DNA of 64,000 bases from Octopus vulgaris. Its lineage: Eukaryota. A program made the translations under genes and the position numbers. The stretch lies in contig OX597814.1 of the NCBI GenBank assembly GCA_951406725.2, positions 41,478,001 through 41,542,000 of the forward strand. The letters are read 5' to 3'. Positions 28,340 to 41,300 of this stretch are shown in pieces (position 1 is the first letter of the stretch; every line of letters begins with the position of its first letter). The notes under the pieces were generated by a model, which was not told where the DNA came from, did not search any database, and saw only the letters and a list, made by a program, of their open reading frames with translations.

Positions 28340-30500
28340 ATAATTCATAAACATGTTTGTCCTCATTCATTTTAAGGTCTGAGAGTGCAGGAGATTCAGA
28401 ATATTTTCGAAGAATATGTGCTTTCAGGCTTTCCTTGGAAATCGTTTAATTTAAAATGTCCAGCAAATTCTGTCGTACTCATGCTATTTGCCTGACATCA
28501 TATCTGTGCACATTGAATCTTTTGTTTAATTGTTCTGTTGTACAACCAACATAAACCAATTTATCTTTGGTGCATTTTGCTGCGTACACCAAACACGAAT
28601 CTTTATAGTCCTACCTTCCGTAAAATCCATGGCCTTTCTGCTATGATTCCTGATGGAAGTGAAATTGACTCACGTTGTGACACAATGAAAAAGGCTCGCC
28701 TCTCTTGCGGTTGTGTTTTAAGGTGCAGAAACTCCAATGTTAGTTTTCGTGTGGTCAGATGTAGGTGTTAACATTTTTCTGATATTCTATTCCGTTTGAA
28801 GGCTACAATAGGCGGCTGAGGGAATATTTGTTTGAAAAGTGGTTATTTTCTGCAATATGTTGGTAAGTTTCATGCAACAGTTCTGAAATGCCAGCAAAAT
28901 TTCGGTTGCAGATAAACACTAAAGGAGTTCAATCACATATATAAACACTAAAATAATTCAATAGCATATTTTAATTCTTTTGCTAAAATTATGTGTGGAA
29001 GCTTACCATTCCTTGATAATTCCAGCTGTCTTTTGTGATTTCCCTTAATCGTGATTCACTGCAACCACGTTTGGCATAGTGGTGCACAGCAGCATTTGCA
29101 TGTTTCTAGTAATTCTCTATATAACTGCGAATCCGTTTTATCCTCATAAATTGGGATTTTGGATTTGACGGAATTATATGACGTGCATGATCGGAGCGGC
29201 GGTAGAGACAAATGAGGGATATCGCGGGCGTGCAAAATAGCTCTGTCACTACTCTGCCTCCAGAAAACTTACATTTTGTATCCAATGCCCAAGCGCTATT
29301 TTTTGAAAAATTAGACGTAAATTTTATGTTCGACTTATTAGCGTAACAGTCAAAGAAAAGAGACTCACTGCAGCAGCGAAATAGTAGTATAAAACCAGTT
29401 GCAGATTTGACGGCATAGAAGAAATAACGCTTTCTTCGAAATACCTCATTTTCTGTGTCCACCACCAACTGGACGCAACTCATTTGATTAGTATCAGCTT
29501 CCACTCTACATCAATTAAACCTCGGCGTATATAGTAAATCATGCGATTTTTACTGTGTCGCATACTCATTTATTTGGTTACCACTTGCTAGCACTCACTA
29601 TACTACTGAATAAATTACAATGTTTTTGCTTTGTAAACTTGCCTTCTGAATATTCTTTATTCGGGTTTCTTTAAGAAATCACTGAACATGGATTCTTTCT
29701 ATGAACAGCAATCTAACAATGCAAACTTCACATATTATGTAACAACTCGAGCATGTTACATATAGGAGATATTCCTATCAACCTAAATTAGAGACTCACA
29801 TTGTTAATTAAACCATCGTGTGGTCATTCCCAGACAAAAGAGAAGTCTTCAATGAATCGTGACCTGATTATTTGGTTCATGACCATGTAGGGACTTGAAT
29901 GTCTTCGGTAAGATTGTCTCGAATTTCGTCATGAAAACATTAGTGAAATTAACTGCTATGGGTGTCCACAAGGCGCAAACCCTCGCCTGATGTTTACATT
30001 TTTGTCCAAACTTCATTGTGTTACTTTGTAATACTAACTTCAAAAGCTTCCAGCAAAACTTAGAGGGAATGCTTTCGTCTCACCGTTTTTCGAAGGAATT
30101 CTTCCATCCCCTCGTCGTGCTTAATATTGGGATGTAGTGAAAAATTGTCCATGGTTACCATAAAACAGTTTTCAACACTACTTCGATTCTTATAAATGAT
30201 GCTATCTTTGGACACAAAATCCAAAATATTCCGAATATAGACACATGATCTTTTTACTACAGGGATTAGAAAGCCATTTAGCTATTCCTAAGATTTGGCT
30301 TTACAACATTCATATCTGCAGCAAAATGGGCGCATGGAGGACATTTTTCGAAATTTTGTGTATTTTGTAGAGAACATTAGATACAGGTGTTCTTCCTCCT
30401 GAGCACACAATCCTGGATGCAGCATTTTTAATGAAATTGTTTCCATCCATTTCCATAATTATTGTGTCAAGTTCTTTCTAATTGCGGCTTGTATCGATAT
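28340..30500 (-). mobile_element. Decayed Penelope-like element (RT, thumb, GIY-YIG endonuclease)
   Basis: Minus strand: KIHK, YIRNILDF, FMVTMDNFSLHPNIKHDEG, ORF 29849-30043 (LVLQSNTMKFG..HQ...ALWTPIAVNFTNVFMTKFE), RFIEDFSFVW; ORF 29106-29504 tail (NIKFT.NFS..LDT..TELF..SDH..PKSQFMRIKRI); GIY-YIG LVYAAKCTKDKLVYVGCTTEQLNKRFNVHRYD at ~28495-28595. Confidence 0.8.
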
Positions 30501-31199
30501 GTAATTCTTCAAATGAAATTTGGCCACTTTAAACTTCTTCAAAGCCGAAAAATACTCATACTTGGCCATAATTACAATAGCTCCTTTCTTAACCGCCACG
30601 TTAATAACAATAGATTCATTATTAGCTTTTTTTTGGTGGGGGGGATATTCCAGGAATTCTTTCCACTTGTTTTAAGGCTTTCTCAAATGCCTGTATGACA
30701 TGAACCAATATTCTGGTTCATGAACAAATAATCTAATTATTTTTATTCCTCCTTCTATTTCTCGTCTTATTCTTATTTCTACATAATTTATTTGAGGTTG
30801 TTGTGTTTGGCTATGGTTCATATTTGATTTGTCTTGGTTATTGCGGACACCTTTTCTTTGGGTAATTTTTGGTTTAGTTGCATTTCTTAGAGATATATTT
30901 TTGCGTCTTTCAACATTGAGTGCAACTACATCGTATCATCATGTTTCAGAACCGTCTTTCTTTTCAATTCATTCACTTGTATGTAGGTAGAAAGTTTCAT
31001 GGTTGTAATTTTCAATAGAAGGTGAGACTATTAACCGCCTGCGTTTTCATTTCTCTGTATGTGTCTGCCTATGGGTGACTCGTAGGAAGCGCTGTTATCA
31101 GCTTTCTTATTTTGACATCAAATTCACACTGTCACATATTAAAATATTACCTTGGTAACGTAACTTTCTAAATATGAGAGAGCAGCACCATAAGAATGT

Positions 31200-32250
31200 T
31201 GAATTTGGTGATTGCACACGCAACTCTTGATGTATACCTATTGAATTCGGAATGAAGGGTGTTTATTTTAAAGTGATCCTTATCCAGAGATTATGTTTAG
31301 TATGTAATGCACTAATACTTCTAGATATACTTCATATATCCTAATTTTTAATTCGGCATAATAAGAACTATTTTCTTTATTTTGTAAATGTTTCTTCGAT
31401 TTTGCGAATAGGAATCCCTTTGTATTTCATGCGGTGTCATGACTTATATGCTATCTCATATCTAGTCTAATGAGTTCAATTGTTCTGTTTGTTCGATGTC
31501 CCATGGGATTTTTGGTTTATAATGTAATTGTCGGTTTATCATTTTCTGGAAAACTATTGTACCGGCTTTCTTAAATATGGTAAATGAACACAAAACACAT
31601 CATATCACGTATTATTTCTGAGCTAACTTTTTTATCCTCCTCTATTATGAATATATTAAGTCTTTTATTCTAAGTCTTGCAATCGCCCATTTAACATATG
31701 GAATAACTATCACTATTAGTCGATTCTGCTTAGAGTTTCCTCATGAGTAGCCACCAAAAACTACGTGTTACAGTAGCTGCACATCTAAAATAAGTGCATA
31801 CATTTCCATATAATAACATATTCTTGCGTTTCCTTTTGTTCAGATTTTCATGTAAGGCTTCATCCCTTGAGATTCTGCACAAAGATGTCCTGTTTCTAAT
31901 ACAATTTGATTAATTGTTCCTTCTTCAATTTTAGCGAGATATTCGTTTGCCGAGCTTTCCTTTCCCTTTATACAATCTGAAATGCGAGTAAGTCCACTAC
32001 AACTAATCAACCGTCTTATGATTAAACGACTGAAATTTGCATTCAGATTAAACACTCAAAGCATGATTAGAGAGATCAATCGATATCCTTTTTTTCGTGT
32101 CTAATGCATCTATTTCATCTACTTTCCAATTCCCTATGCAGACGTTAACGTGTGATGGCAATTACCCAACATATGTTGATCGCATTTATCAAATTTCTTG
32201 ATCAAAATTAGGATTTCAATATATTATTTTCATATATATTTTAGAATGTC
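31200..32250 (-). mobile_element. Highly decayed R4-type remnant next to a (TAC)n tract
   Basis: Minus strand: NAINI..., NWKVDEIDALDTK, ORF 31840-32055 (FNLNANFSRLIIRR..GLTRISDCIKG..EY, compare HPKSDIxRLY..GGRGL), KIPWDI..NRTIE..RLD. Confidence 0.5.
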
Positions 32251-32260
32251 TTCTTCTCCT

Positions 32261-32261
32261 T

Positions 32262-32343
<82 letters not shown>

Positions 32344-32426
32344 AATACTACTGCTATTATTACTACTGATATTACTAATGCTACTACTACTACTGTTACT
32401 ACTATTACAAATCCTGCTGCTGCAAC

Positions 32427-32458
<32 letters not shown>

Positions 32459-32462
32459 ATAC

Positions 32463-32526
<64 letters not shown>

Positions 32527-32527
32527 G
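32261..32527. repeat. (TAC)n/(TGC)n compound microsatellite
   Basis: Directly visible. Confidence 0.95.
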
Positions 32528-32534
32528 ATGCAGT

Positions 32535-32705
32535 GAGCTTGTAGAATCTTTAGAATAGCAAGGAAAATGTTTGACGGCATTTCATCCGCCTTTACGCTCT
32601 GAGTTCAAATTCTATCGAGGTCGACTTTGCTTTTCATCATTTCGGGGTCTGTAAAATAAGTTCCTGTTGAGCACTGGCATTGATGTAATCGATTATTCCC
32701 CTCCT
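32535..32705 (+). mobile_element. tRNA-derived SINE, decayed
   Basis: B-box-like gagttcaaattc, then gaggtcgactttgc..ttcggggtc..gcactgg..gatgtaatcga shared with the 60344-60512 copy. Confidence 0.6.
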
Positions 32706-32731
32706 GAAACTGTCATGCCTTGAGCCAGTAG

Positions 32732-33284
32732 TATTGGCTTCTCCGGAAAGTTCGTGCCGATTTATAGTAGCTTACCTTTCGACTTATTTTAGAACATGGT
32801 TGAGTCCATAAAATAACATTTGACTACACCTCCATTTAGAGAACAGCGTAACCTTTCTTTTCATGGAAGAAGGTGTATGTTCCTATAATCTTTGTTAAAT
32901 TTATAATCCTTTAAAATGGAAGATAAGAAAGTTCATGCTTTGTGAACCAGGCAAAAATTGCTGCAGCTCGGCAGGGATGTGTTGCTCCACCCTCCATATT
33001 CAACAGTTATTGCTCCTTCGGATTTCCACTTATTCAGGTATTTGCAGAATAGTCTTAATGGTAAAAAATTCAATTCCTTGGACGACGTAAAATGATACCT
33101 TGATGAATTATTTGCAATGGCCACCTCATTTCTGGGAAGAGGGTATTTTGAAGTTAAAGGAAAGATGGAGACGCATTGTGCAACAAAATGGTTCATATTT
33201 AGTTGATCAAAAATGTAATGGCAAGTATCTATTGACCATTTTTTTCCTTTAAAAATCGTCACGAACTTTCCGGACAACCCAATA
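32732..33284 (+). mobile_element. Internally deleted mariner element with both TIRs
   Basis: TIRs tattggcttctccggaaagttcgtgccgattt / aaatcgtcacgaactttccggacaacccaata with terminal TA; internal LLHPPYSTVIAPSDFHLFRYLQNSLNGKKF (mariner YSPDLAPSDYHLF motif). Confidence 0.88.
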
Positions 33285-33902
33285 GAAAGAATCATTCTTA
33301 TAATTATTAATGACATGAGCTGCACAGTCCTTGTACCTAAGATAAAATACACCGCACTCTTACCGTTTCTTAACCTGTGGAGTTCAAATGCTGCTGAAAT
33401 TGGTTTCGTTATCCATCCTTTCGGCATAGGTACAATAAGTAGCAGACCAATGCTCTGTTCGGTGTAATCGACTTCCCCTCATCTCAAAGCTACTGGCCTT
33501 GCGAAAAAATTAGAATTTTTATGATTATTTCCATAATAGTAGTAGTAATACTGAGTCTCATCTTTTCCTGAATCTTTAATTTACTTGAAAACACTATACA
33601 TTCGTTATTGCTTTTAGCTTTCAGGAAAAAAGAATAACGAAGAGAATTGAATAAAATAAAAACATTGAGAATGCAGCATATTCCTCTCAGTGGATTTTAT
33701 CTTGAATGTAATCCAATTTTCTCTTTGCAAATAAGTATAAAGAAAGGATTTCATGTAATAACGTTTTCCTACTTCATTTTCCTAAGTTTTCTCTTACGTC
33801 TAAATTAATACATGCGTACATATGTAGTAGATATGAATATGTATACATGTGTGTGTGTAAATATATATATACATATGTGTGTGTATGCGTGTGTATACAT
33901 AC

Positions 33903-33973
<71 letters not shown>

Positions 33974-34454
33974 TATATACATACATACAAAGATAAATAA
34001 ATATATATATGTGTACACATATATATATATATGCATAGATATTTGTGTTTGTGTATTAATAGATATATACATATATACACAGGCACACACATGCGCACAT
34101 ATATAGTCTGTATGTACTACTTATTCTAATATATAACGTTGGAACTATCATACACTTAATATTTGAAGCTTGTACCCTGTAGCATGACATGATGAAAGTT
34201 CGTGAGCAACACAAAAATGAAAATAATTTCTTTCAGTGCAAAATTAATGTCGCACTTTTTGTTCCAAAATTGCTATTTCATTGAAATATTCAGTAAATTT
34301 AATAATACTTTTCAAACTCTGATGAACATGAAATTTATTAATCTACATTACCTCAAACTCTTATATACATTACTGGATATGCATCCATCCATTGCTTTCT
34401 CGTACAATCTTCCTTTACTTCTATGGATGTGCGTATATGTGCACACACACACGC

Positions 34455-34485
<31 letters not shown>

Positions 34486-35641
34486 CACACATAAATACAC
34501 ACATATATAGACACGCGCACACACAATAAACACTCACACACATATATAAATATGAAGAGACAAAAGATGGATAAACATTTATACATGCCATTAAAGCAAT
34601 TATAAAAGATTTTATATAAGCGTAAACATACACGTTTTCTGAAAGAAAAAGCAGGGTCCATAATATTCTTCAGAAGTATTACAAAAAATCAGTGACTGGT
34701 TAATGTGATAATGTATTATGCAAACAGGTGGACATATTGATACAATAATACACATGAAAACAGTAGTAATTGCTATTAATGTAAAATCATAAAACGTTAA
34801 AATTTCAATTTGGAAGCGTTAAAGCTCCGAATTGTCTCTGCAGATGGATTAATGAAAAAACGAACGTTCATTAACTATTAACCGATATTGAAGTCAATAT
34901 AATAATCCAGAAGAAAAAATAACATCGTAAAGCTGAGATTGGACGGCTCTGAGATCGATAGTGAAAGGGTGTAGGTAAAAAGGACGGATATATAATAGAG
35001 AACAGACAAGTATAGAAAAAAGTGGAGATCCTTTTCTCACCGTCTTTTCAGTGGTGTTATATAAGCATATAAATATCTGTATAGTATTAGAGAATTTGAA
35101 TTTAACTATTTTCCTTCTGAGCAGAAAACTCAACGCTTCAACTTATTCCAGCATAGTGATTATGCAATGATTATATGTTTTAATTTATTATTCGTATTAT
35201 TAAACTAATATGTAAACAAATGTTATTCCATAATAAAGTGTCACTGATTTGTTTTCCATCCAAAAGGTTTATTTTATGTTATGATCACTTTTATAAATAG
35301 TATACAAGCATATATAAGTGTAGGGCCTTGTATCGTTTTGTTATGCACTCGAGATATAAATTTCTTTCAGGCAACACTTACTTTGAGATTATTTTCACTT
35401 GGACTTAAATCTTGGTCCTAAACAATTCTGAGTATTTTGAGGAATATTCCTAGGTTCACTTATTATAAGCTCATATTATCTTCATATTACCCATTTGATA
35501 TTTTTTATATGACAATATGTAGCGAACATTTATATACCTTTGCATAGATACGTACATATATATGTGTGTGTGTGTGTACATATCTCTCCTTACCTCTCTC
35601 TGTCTCTCCCTCCTCTCTCAATATATATATATAAATGTATA

Positions 35642-36603
35642 TAATAATAAAAAGATAAAATTAATTAGTTAAATTATTTAATCAACGAATTAATTACTAA
35701 TTTTACGAAGTCAATCGGTACGTTAAGATAAACTTTATAGATAAAATTACACAAATATACCGTAATTAGAAAAATAATTATGATTAGGGGTCAGCTAATT
35801 GCTTCACCAAATACAACATTTAGAAGTAGGAGTTAAAAATTACTTTTCTACTACCCTCAGAATCTCCCAGATAGTAACACCTTTTTACATAAGCAAAGAG
35901 GAAAATAATGAATCAACACAACCTCGATTCTTCAGAGACGCGTTTCGAGATTAAAGTGTTTAATTTACTTACTTACCTTCAGACTCGTATTTCTATAGTA
36001 AAATTTGCCCTTTCCTCAAAATGTTATAAAATTTTACCCTTTTATTATTAATTTTAAATCATAATTTACTCCCAGATCGAATCCTGCAGTTTTCTGCGGT
36101 ACTGCTCGTGACATACACGTGGGTACAAGGGGTAGATATGTATTCACATTAGGTTGTGTAAAATTTGGAAGTATTGGTTCGATATCTGTTACACGATGTC
36201 GCTCGGTCGTCTGCGTATTTAACCCGAACACATTCAAATTTTATAAGCGAAATGCTACACCGATGAGAGGAAGTATGTAAATTAAATACTTTAATCTCGA
36301 AACGCGTCTGTGGCTAATCGAAATAGTGTTGATTCAATATTTTCCTCTTTGCCTACGTAAGAAAATGTGCTACTGTGTAGGAGATTCTCACGGTAGTAGA
36401 AATGTAATTTTTTACTCATATACCTAAATTCGGTAGGTGGTGAAGCAATTAGATGACCCCTAATTATAATTATGTTTAATTACAGAATATTCATGCAATT
36501 TTACCTATAAAGGTTATTTTAACGTACGGAACTATTTGGTAAAATTATTGATTAATTGATTAATTAACTAATTTAATTAATAAATTTTACCCTTTAATTA
36601 TTG

Positions 36604-36605
<2 letters not shown>
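35642..36605. mobile_element. Foldback/MITE-like element with ~365-bp imperfect terminal inverted repeats inserted in (TA)n
   Basis: 35642-36007 is the inverse of 36235-36605, e.g. attaggggtcagctaattgcttcacca / tggtgaagcaattagatgacccctaat and agacgcgtttcgagattaaagt / actttaatctcgaaacgcgtct. Confidence 0.82.
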
Positions 36606-36653
<48 letters not shown>

Positions 36654-36742
36654 TTTGATACTTTGATACTTTGATAGGTTTCGGCCATTATTGGCCCATG
36701 CCATGTCTAACTTAATAGCACCACCTGGTGAAGTCTTTCAAG

Positions 36743-39700
36743 TCAGAATTTGGGCACTATGGCCCACTCAAGTAGAGCGTTATTGTTTACAGAGACATAT
36801 CCAGGTGTAGGGGGTTTATCCGGGATTTCTTGAAGGAATCTGTCCAAAGACTTCTTGAACCCTATAGGGTCAGTTTCTGTTTTAATGTGTTTTGGTGTGA
36901 TGTTAAAGAGAGCGGGGCCAATTGAGGTGAAATAATTGTGCCGTATTGTTGTTATGAGATGAGAGTGCGATTTTTGTTTTGGGCGGATGGCACGGGGCCC
37001 AAGCCTTGGATGTACCTTAAAGGTGATGCCAACATCATTTGGGCAATGCTGATGGAATATTTTCCACATCATGCAGATGATGTTGCGCTCACGACGACGT
37101 TGGAGAGAATAGAGTTTTAGCTTTTCTAGCCGACCCCAATAGTCGAGGCCTGTCATGCCATCTATCTTTTTTGTGATTGCCCTTTGAGGTGCTTCAACTT
37201 TTATGATACCTTGTATTGTGTGGGGAGACCACAGTGGACAACAGTATTCAAGGTGGGGTCGGGCAAAAGTGGAGAAGAGAAGGATAATGGTGTGGATATC
37301 TCTCGACTGGAAAGTTCTGAGAATCCAGGAACACATTCTGCGGGCCATGTCAACTTTGGTGTTTATATGAGTGGCCCAGCTTACGTTGTTGTCCACAATT
37401 ACTCCCAAGTCTCTGATGTTGTTGGACGCCGCGAGAGTTTCACCTGAAGGAAGGGAGTATGGGAGTTTCAGGGCATCCTCTTTTCCAAAGTGGATTAGCT
37501 CAAATTTATCCTCGTTCAGCAGCATATTGTTTTTTTCTGCCCATTGGATAACAGCCAGTAGATCTGACTGAAGGCATGTCCGGTCACTCGCCTCATATAT
37601 GACCTTCTGTAGCTTGGAGTCATCTGCAAAGATTTTTATGTTGCTGTGCTTGATGATGTCATTAATATCATTAATGTAAATGATGAAAAGAAGTGGGCCC
37701 AGCACAGTGCCTTGCGGAACGCCACTACTGACTTTGGCTGGGCTTGATTTTACCCCTTCAACTACAACATGTTGAGATCTGTCTGTCAGGAAACACTTAA
37801 TCCATTTTAGTAACTTTCCAGAGACACCAATGTTGGATAGTTTTTTCAATAGGATCTTGTGATCGACCCTGTCGAAGGCCTTACTGAAATCAAGGTAGAT
37901 GACATCGGTGTTGGAGCCCTCTCCCAAAGCTCTCAAAATGTCCTCAAAGTGATGCAGGAGCTGCGTTAGGCAGTCCCTTCCATTACGGAACCCATGTTGG
38001 TTGGAGATCAGCCGTCTGTTGCTTTCCAGAAATTGGGTTATTTGAGATCTCACCACCCTCTCAAATACCTTGATGATATGAGAGGTGAGTGAGATCGGAC
38101 GGTAATTCACTGCAAGGGACTTGTTTCCCTTTTTGAAAACTGGGACAACAGACTGGGACAGAAGGTTTTTTGGAATATAGCCAGCATCCAGTGAGTTTCT
38201 CCACAGATTAGCAAGGGGAGATGCAAGTTGGTGTCGACACACCTTCAGGACACAAGCAGGGAAACTATCGGGGCCTACTGCTGCATTGTGTTTTATTTCG
38301 TTTATCGCCGCTAAGACATCAGGGGCACTAAACGTTATGTCCGATATAGTGTGTTGGGGGTTGACATCACTGATACAGCCCAGATCGGCCATATCAGGAT
38401 TGCTGAAAACAGAGCAGTATTGTTTCTGCAGTATCTCGGCCATGGATTTGGCATTATCTTGGAGAGTGCCAGTTTCGTCAATTAGAGGGCCTACAGTGGA
38501 GACAGTGACCCTGCGTTTCCTCGCAAATGAAAAGAACACTTTGGGGTTGAGTTTGATTTTTTCAATGGCCCACTTCTCCTCAGCTGATCTTTGGTTATTG
38601 ATGAGGGTCTTCATGCATTGTTGGAGGTTATATTTTTTTGATTCAAGCAGTGCGATGGACGTTGAATGTGTGTGTTGCTGTTGGAAGTACTTTAGTTTGT
38701 TAATTTTTTTGTTTGTTCTTTTTATTTTTCTGATAATGGTTTTTCTGTTTTGGGGGATTCTGCACTTTTTGTTCACAGGTCTTGGTGGGGAGTGTTTTGC
38801 ACATATGTCTGTGACGGTGTCTACAAAGATCTACCAAGATGTTTTATGGTTGGTGGAGATGTGTGTATGTGTAAAGGACCAGTCAACATTTGATAGCTCG
38901 TTCCTGATTGCATCCCAGTTGGCTTTATGGAGATCCATGTTGTCAAATGGGTGGGCTGGAGGAAGGTCACTAGGATTAGCTTTCGGCTGGTGGAATTTCA
39001 TGTTACAGAGAACCATGTCATGGTCTGAAAGAAGGGTTTTTTCCACTGTAACGTTATGTATAGTGTTAGTGTGGTTACTAAACACTAGGTCCAAAATGTT
39101 CTGATGTCTTGTTGGTGCAAGGACAAGTTGGGACAAGAAAAACTCATTCGTAAAGTCGAAAAGTGACTCTGCTGCTTCTTTGTCAGCGGTTGAGGCGGGA
39201 GTGCTTGGTTTCAAACAGTTTGTAGTCCAGTCAACACAGGGTAGATTGAAGTCTCCCATCATGAGTATGTTGCTAGAATGACACTGTTGAATAAAGCACT
39301 TAATGCTGTTGAGGCATTCTTTAAAGCACAGTATGGGTGTTTGGGGCGGCCTATAGAGCCCAATTACTGTCAGGTCATTGGCTTTGTTGTGCACGGTGAC
39401 TGATTCATAGTAGCCGTTGGAGAATATACTATTTCCATCTGCCGTAAATGAATCATGCAGGAAAATGGCAGTTCCACCCTTCCTCCTGCCGATACGATCC
39501 GCGCGGATGGTTGTGAAATTCTTCACTCTCACTTCGGCTTCCAAGTGGGAGTTGTCAAGGTGGGTCTCAGTGAGAATGAAGAAAGGGATGTGGTGTGAAT
39601 GGTTACCAACCCAGTCTTCAATGAATTGGACCTTCCATTTTTGTGCATTGATGGAAGGGCTGACACCTTGTGCATTGAGTAGGAATGTGGAGGTTAGTGT

Positions 39701-39982
39701 AGTGGCTGGTTTTGACTGTTGCAGGGGGCTTGGATTTTTTGTGTGTGTTAGTGGCAGCAATGTGGGGAATTGGTGCACTGGGGTAATAGCATAGGATGGT
39801 GTTGAGTGATGGCTAGAATGTTTTTGTGTATCTCTTTTGCCATGTTCAACATGGCTAAAAAGAATTTTCCTGCTTAGGGAGCAGTTTTTGGCTGGAGGTG
39901 TGGTTGCACTGTTGGATAGGGTTGTAGTTTCCACTTTTGTTGTTGTTGTTTTTGTGTCTTCCTGAAAAGACTGGACCAGCAT
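36743..39982 (-). pseudogene. LINE ORF2: APE endonuclease + reverse transcriptase, interrupted by one in-frame TAG at 38831-33
   Basis: APE motifs LNAQG, LTETHL, RADR..KGGTAI, GLYRPP, MGDFNLP, PTR..ILDL, LSDH; RT motifs NYRPISL, QHGFR, YLDFSKAFDRVDH, SGVPQGTVLGPLLF, FADD, RDLGV, LEYCCPLWSP; ORFs 38831-39982 and 36743-38776 share a frame (54 nt apart). Confidence 0.92.
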
Positions 39983-40976
39983 TACTGCAGCATGGTGTGT
40001 TTCTATTTTTATTGTTATTCAGGTTTGTGTGTTGGCTTGAGGCCCCGTTTCTATTTGTGCGTCGGGTCCCTGGAAGATGAGTGAAGGGACAGTCACTCAG
40101 TAGACATGTTCTCTTACGTTGGGAATACCGGCAGATTTTGGGACTCCGAGTTGTGTGTGTTTTGAATTTCGATTTACTATTTGGTGGTGTTGATGTTATT
40201 GCGGGATGCGTGCTTTGGCCTTGGCCGGTAGTGCGTCTAGTGCCGGGTAGATGCGTGAAGATGCAGTCACTATTTGTGCAGAGTCTCTGGCGCAGTGAAT
40301 AGCGGCATATTTGGGGATTTCTTGTTTGCGCCGTGGGGGGCGCATTGTGCTTCCTATGTTTCTTTAAGTTTTTGTTACTGCAGTAGTATTGAGGTGGTGA
40401 TGTGGGGGAAGAGGGCAGTGGTTTCTTATTTGGTTTTCTGTCGGTATTTTTGGTGATAGAAGACGATGGTGGCAGCGGTGGTGATGATGACGATGATAAT
40501 TGTGGTGGTTGCTGTGAGAGCGGTGAAAAGATACTGGCATTTAGTGAATCGTCTAGTAAGCTAGAGTTGAGGAGTGGCTGTTGTTGTTCTTGTTGCTGTG
40601 GCTGTTGTTGTTGTTGTTGTGCCTGACCGATGTCAGGGTCAGCCATTGTGCTGGGAACCAGCAGTGTCTCATTCTGTTGTTGTTGTTGTTGTGGCTGCTG
40701 ATTTTCTAGCTGTTGTTGTTCTTGAACTGTGAAAATATGTAGAAGCTTTTCATAATGGCCTCTTATCAGTTTGAAAGATACTTCGATATGTTTCAACTTG
40801 CTACGAATCTGTTTGACGGATCGTGTGTTGACCACTTGTGATGTTTTTTCGGCAATCTCATTCAAACACAAGACATTTAGATTTTCTGTTTGGGAAAGAG
40901 AGAGCCATGTGTTTATTAAAACATCAATTTCGTTATCAGACCAATTTCGTCTGTTGCAGGCCTGCAAGTTAGTCAT
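39855..40976 (-). CDS. LINE ORF1 protein: Myb/SANT-like N-terminus, polyQ/Ser-Pro linker, two CCCH zinc fingers
   Basis: 373-aa open frame from ATG; WSDNEIDVLINTW...IAE...RSVKQIRSKLKHI; two C-x8-C-x4-C-x3-H repeats (40251-40307, 40077-40133), each followed by LPGTRRT. Confidence 0.8.
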   Translation of the reverse strand: MTNLQACNRRNWSDNEIDVLINTWLSLSQTENLNVLCLNEIAEKTSQVVNTRSVKQIRSKLKHIEVSFKLIRGHYEKLLHIFTVQEQQQLENQQPQQQQQQNETLLVPSTMADPDIGQAQQQQQQPQQQEQQQPLLNSSLLDDSLNASIFSPLSQQPPQLSSSSSPPLPPSSSITKNTDRKPNKKPLPSSPTSPPQYYCSNKNLKKHRKHNAPPTAQTRNPQICRYSLRQRLCTNSDCIFTHLPGTRRTTGQGQSTHPAITSTPPNSKSKFKTHTTRSPKICRYSQRKRTCLLSDCPFTHLPGTRRTNRNGASSQHTNLNNNKNRNTPCCSNAGPVFSGRHKNNNNKSGNYNPIQQCNHTSSQKLLPKQENSF

Positions 40977-41300
40977 GTTCGTTTTTCTTTTGTTTGTTTT
41001 CCTTTTGATTTTTGAAAATATATATATTCTTTCTTGGGAGTTAAAGAAGTGTATATATATATAAATGTTCTCTCTTAAGGGTGTGAGTTTTTGATTATTT
41101 GGTTGTTTGAGGATATTAAAAGAAAAACAGTTGTATATAACAATTTGTAGTTAAATGAAAACGTACTTACGGGTTTGTAGGCAAACACGTGGTTACAAAT
41201 ATATATATATTTAAGGTCAGTTAGTTTTGAAGCTGTGTAGCTTGCTACTGACTTGGGAGAGAAACAAATAGACGTCCGTCCACTTCAACAGTTAATCCAC

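Noticed and set aside
38286-39794. 272-aa and 125-aa plus-strand ORFs
   Set aside because: Antisense shadows of the LINE ORF2 with no independent motifs
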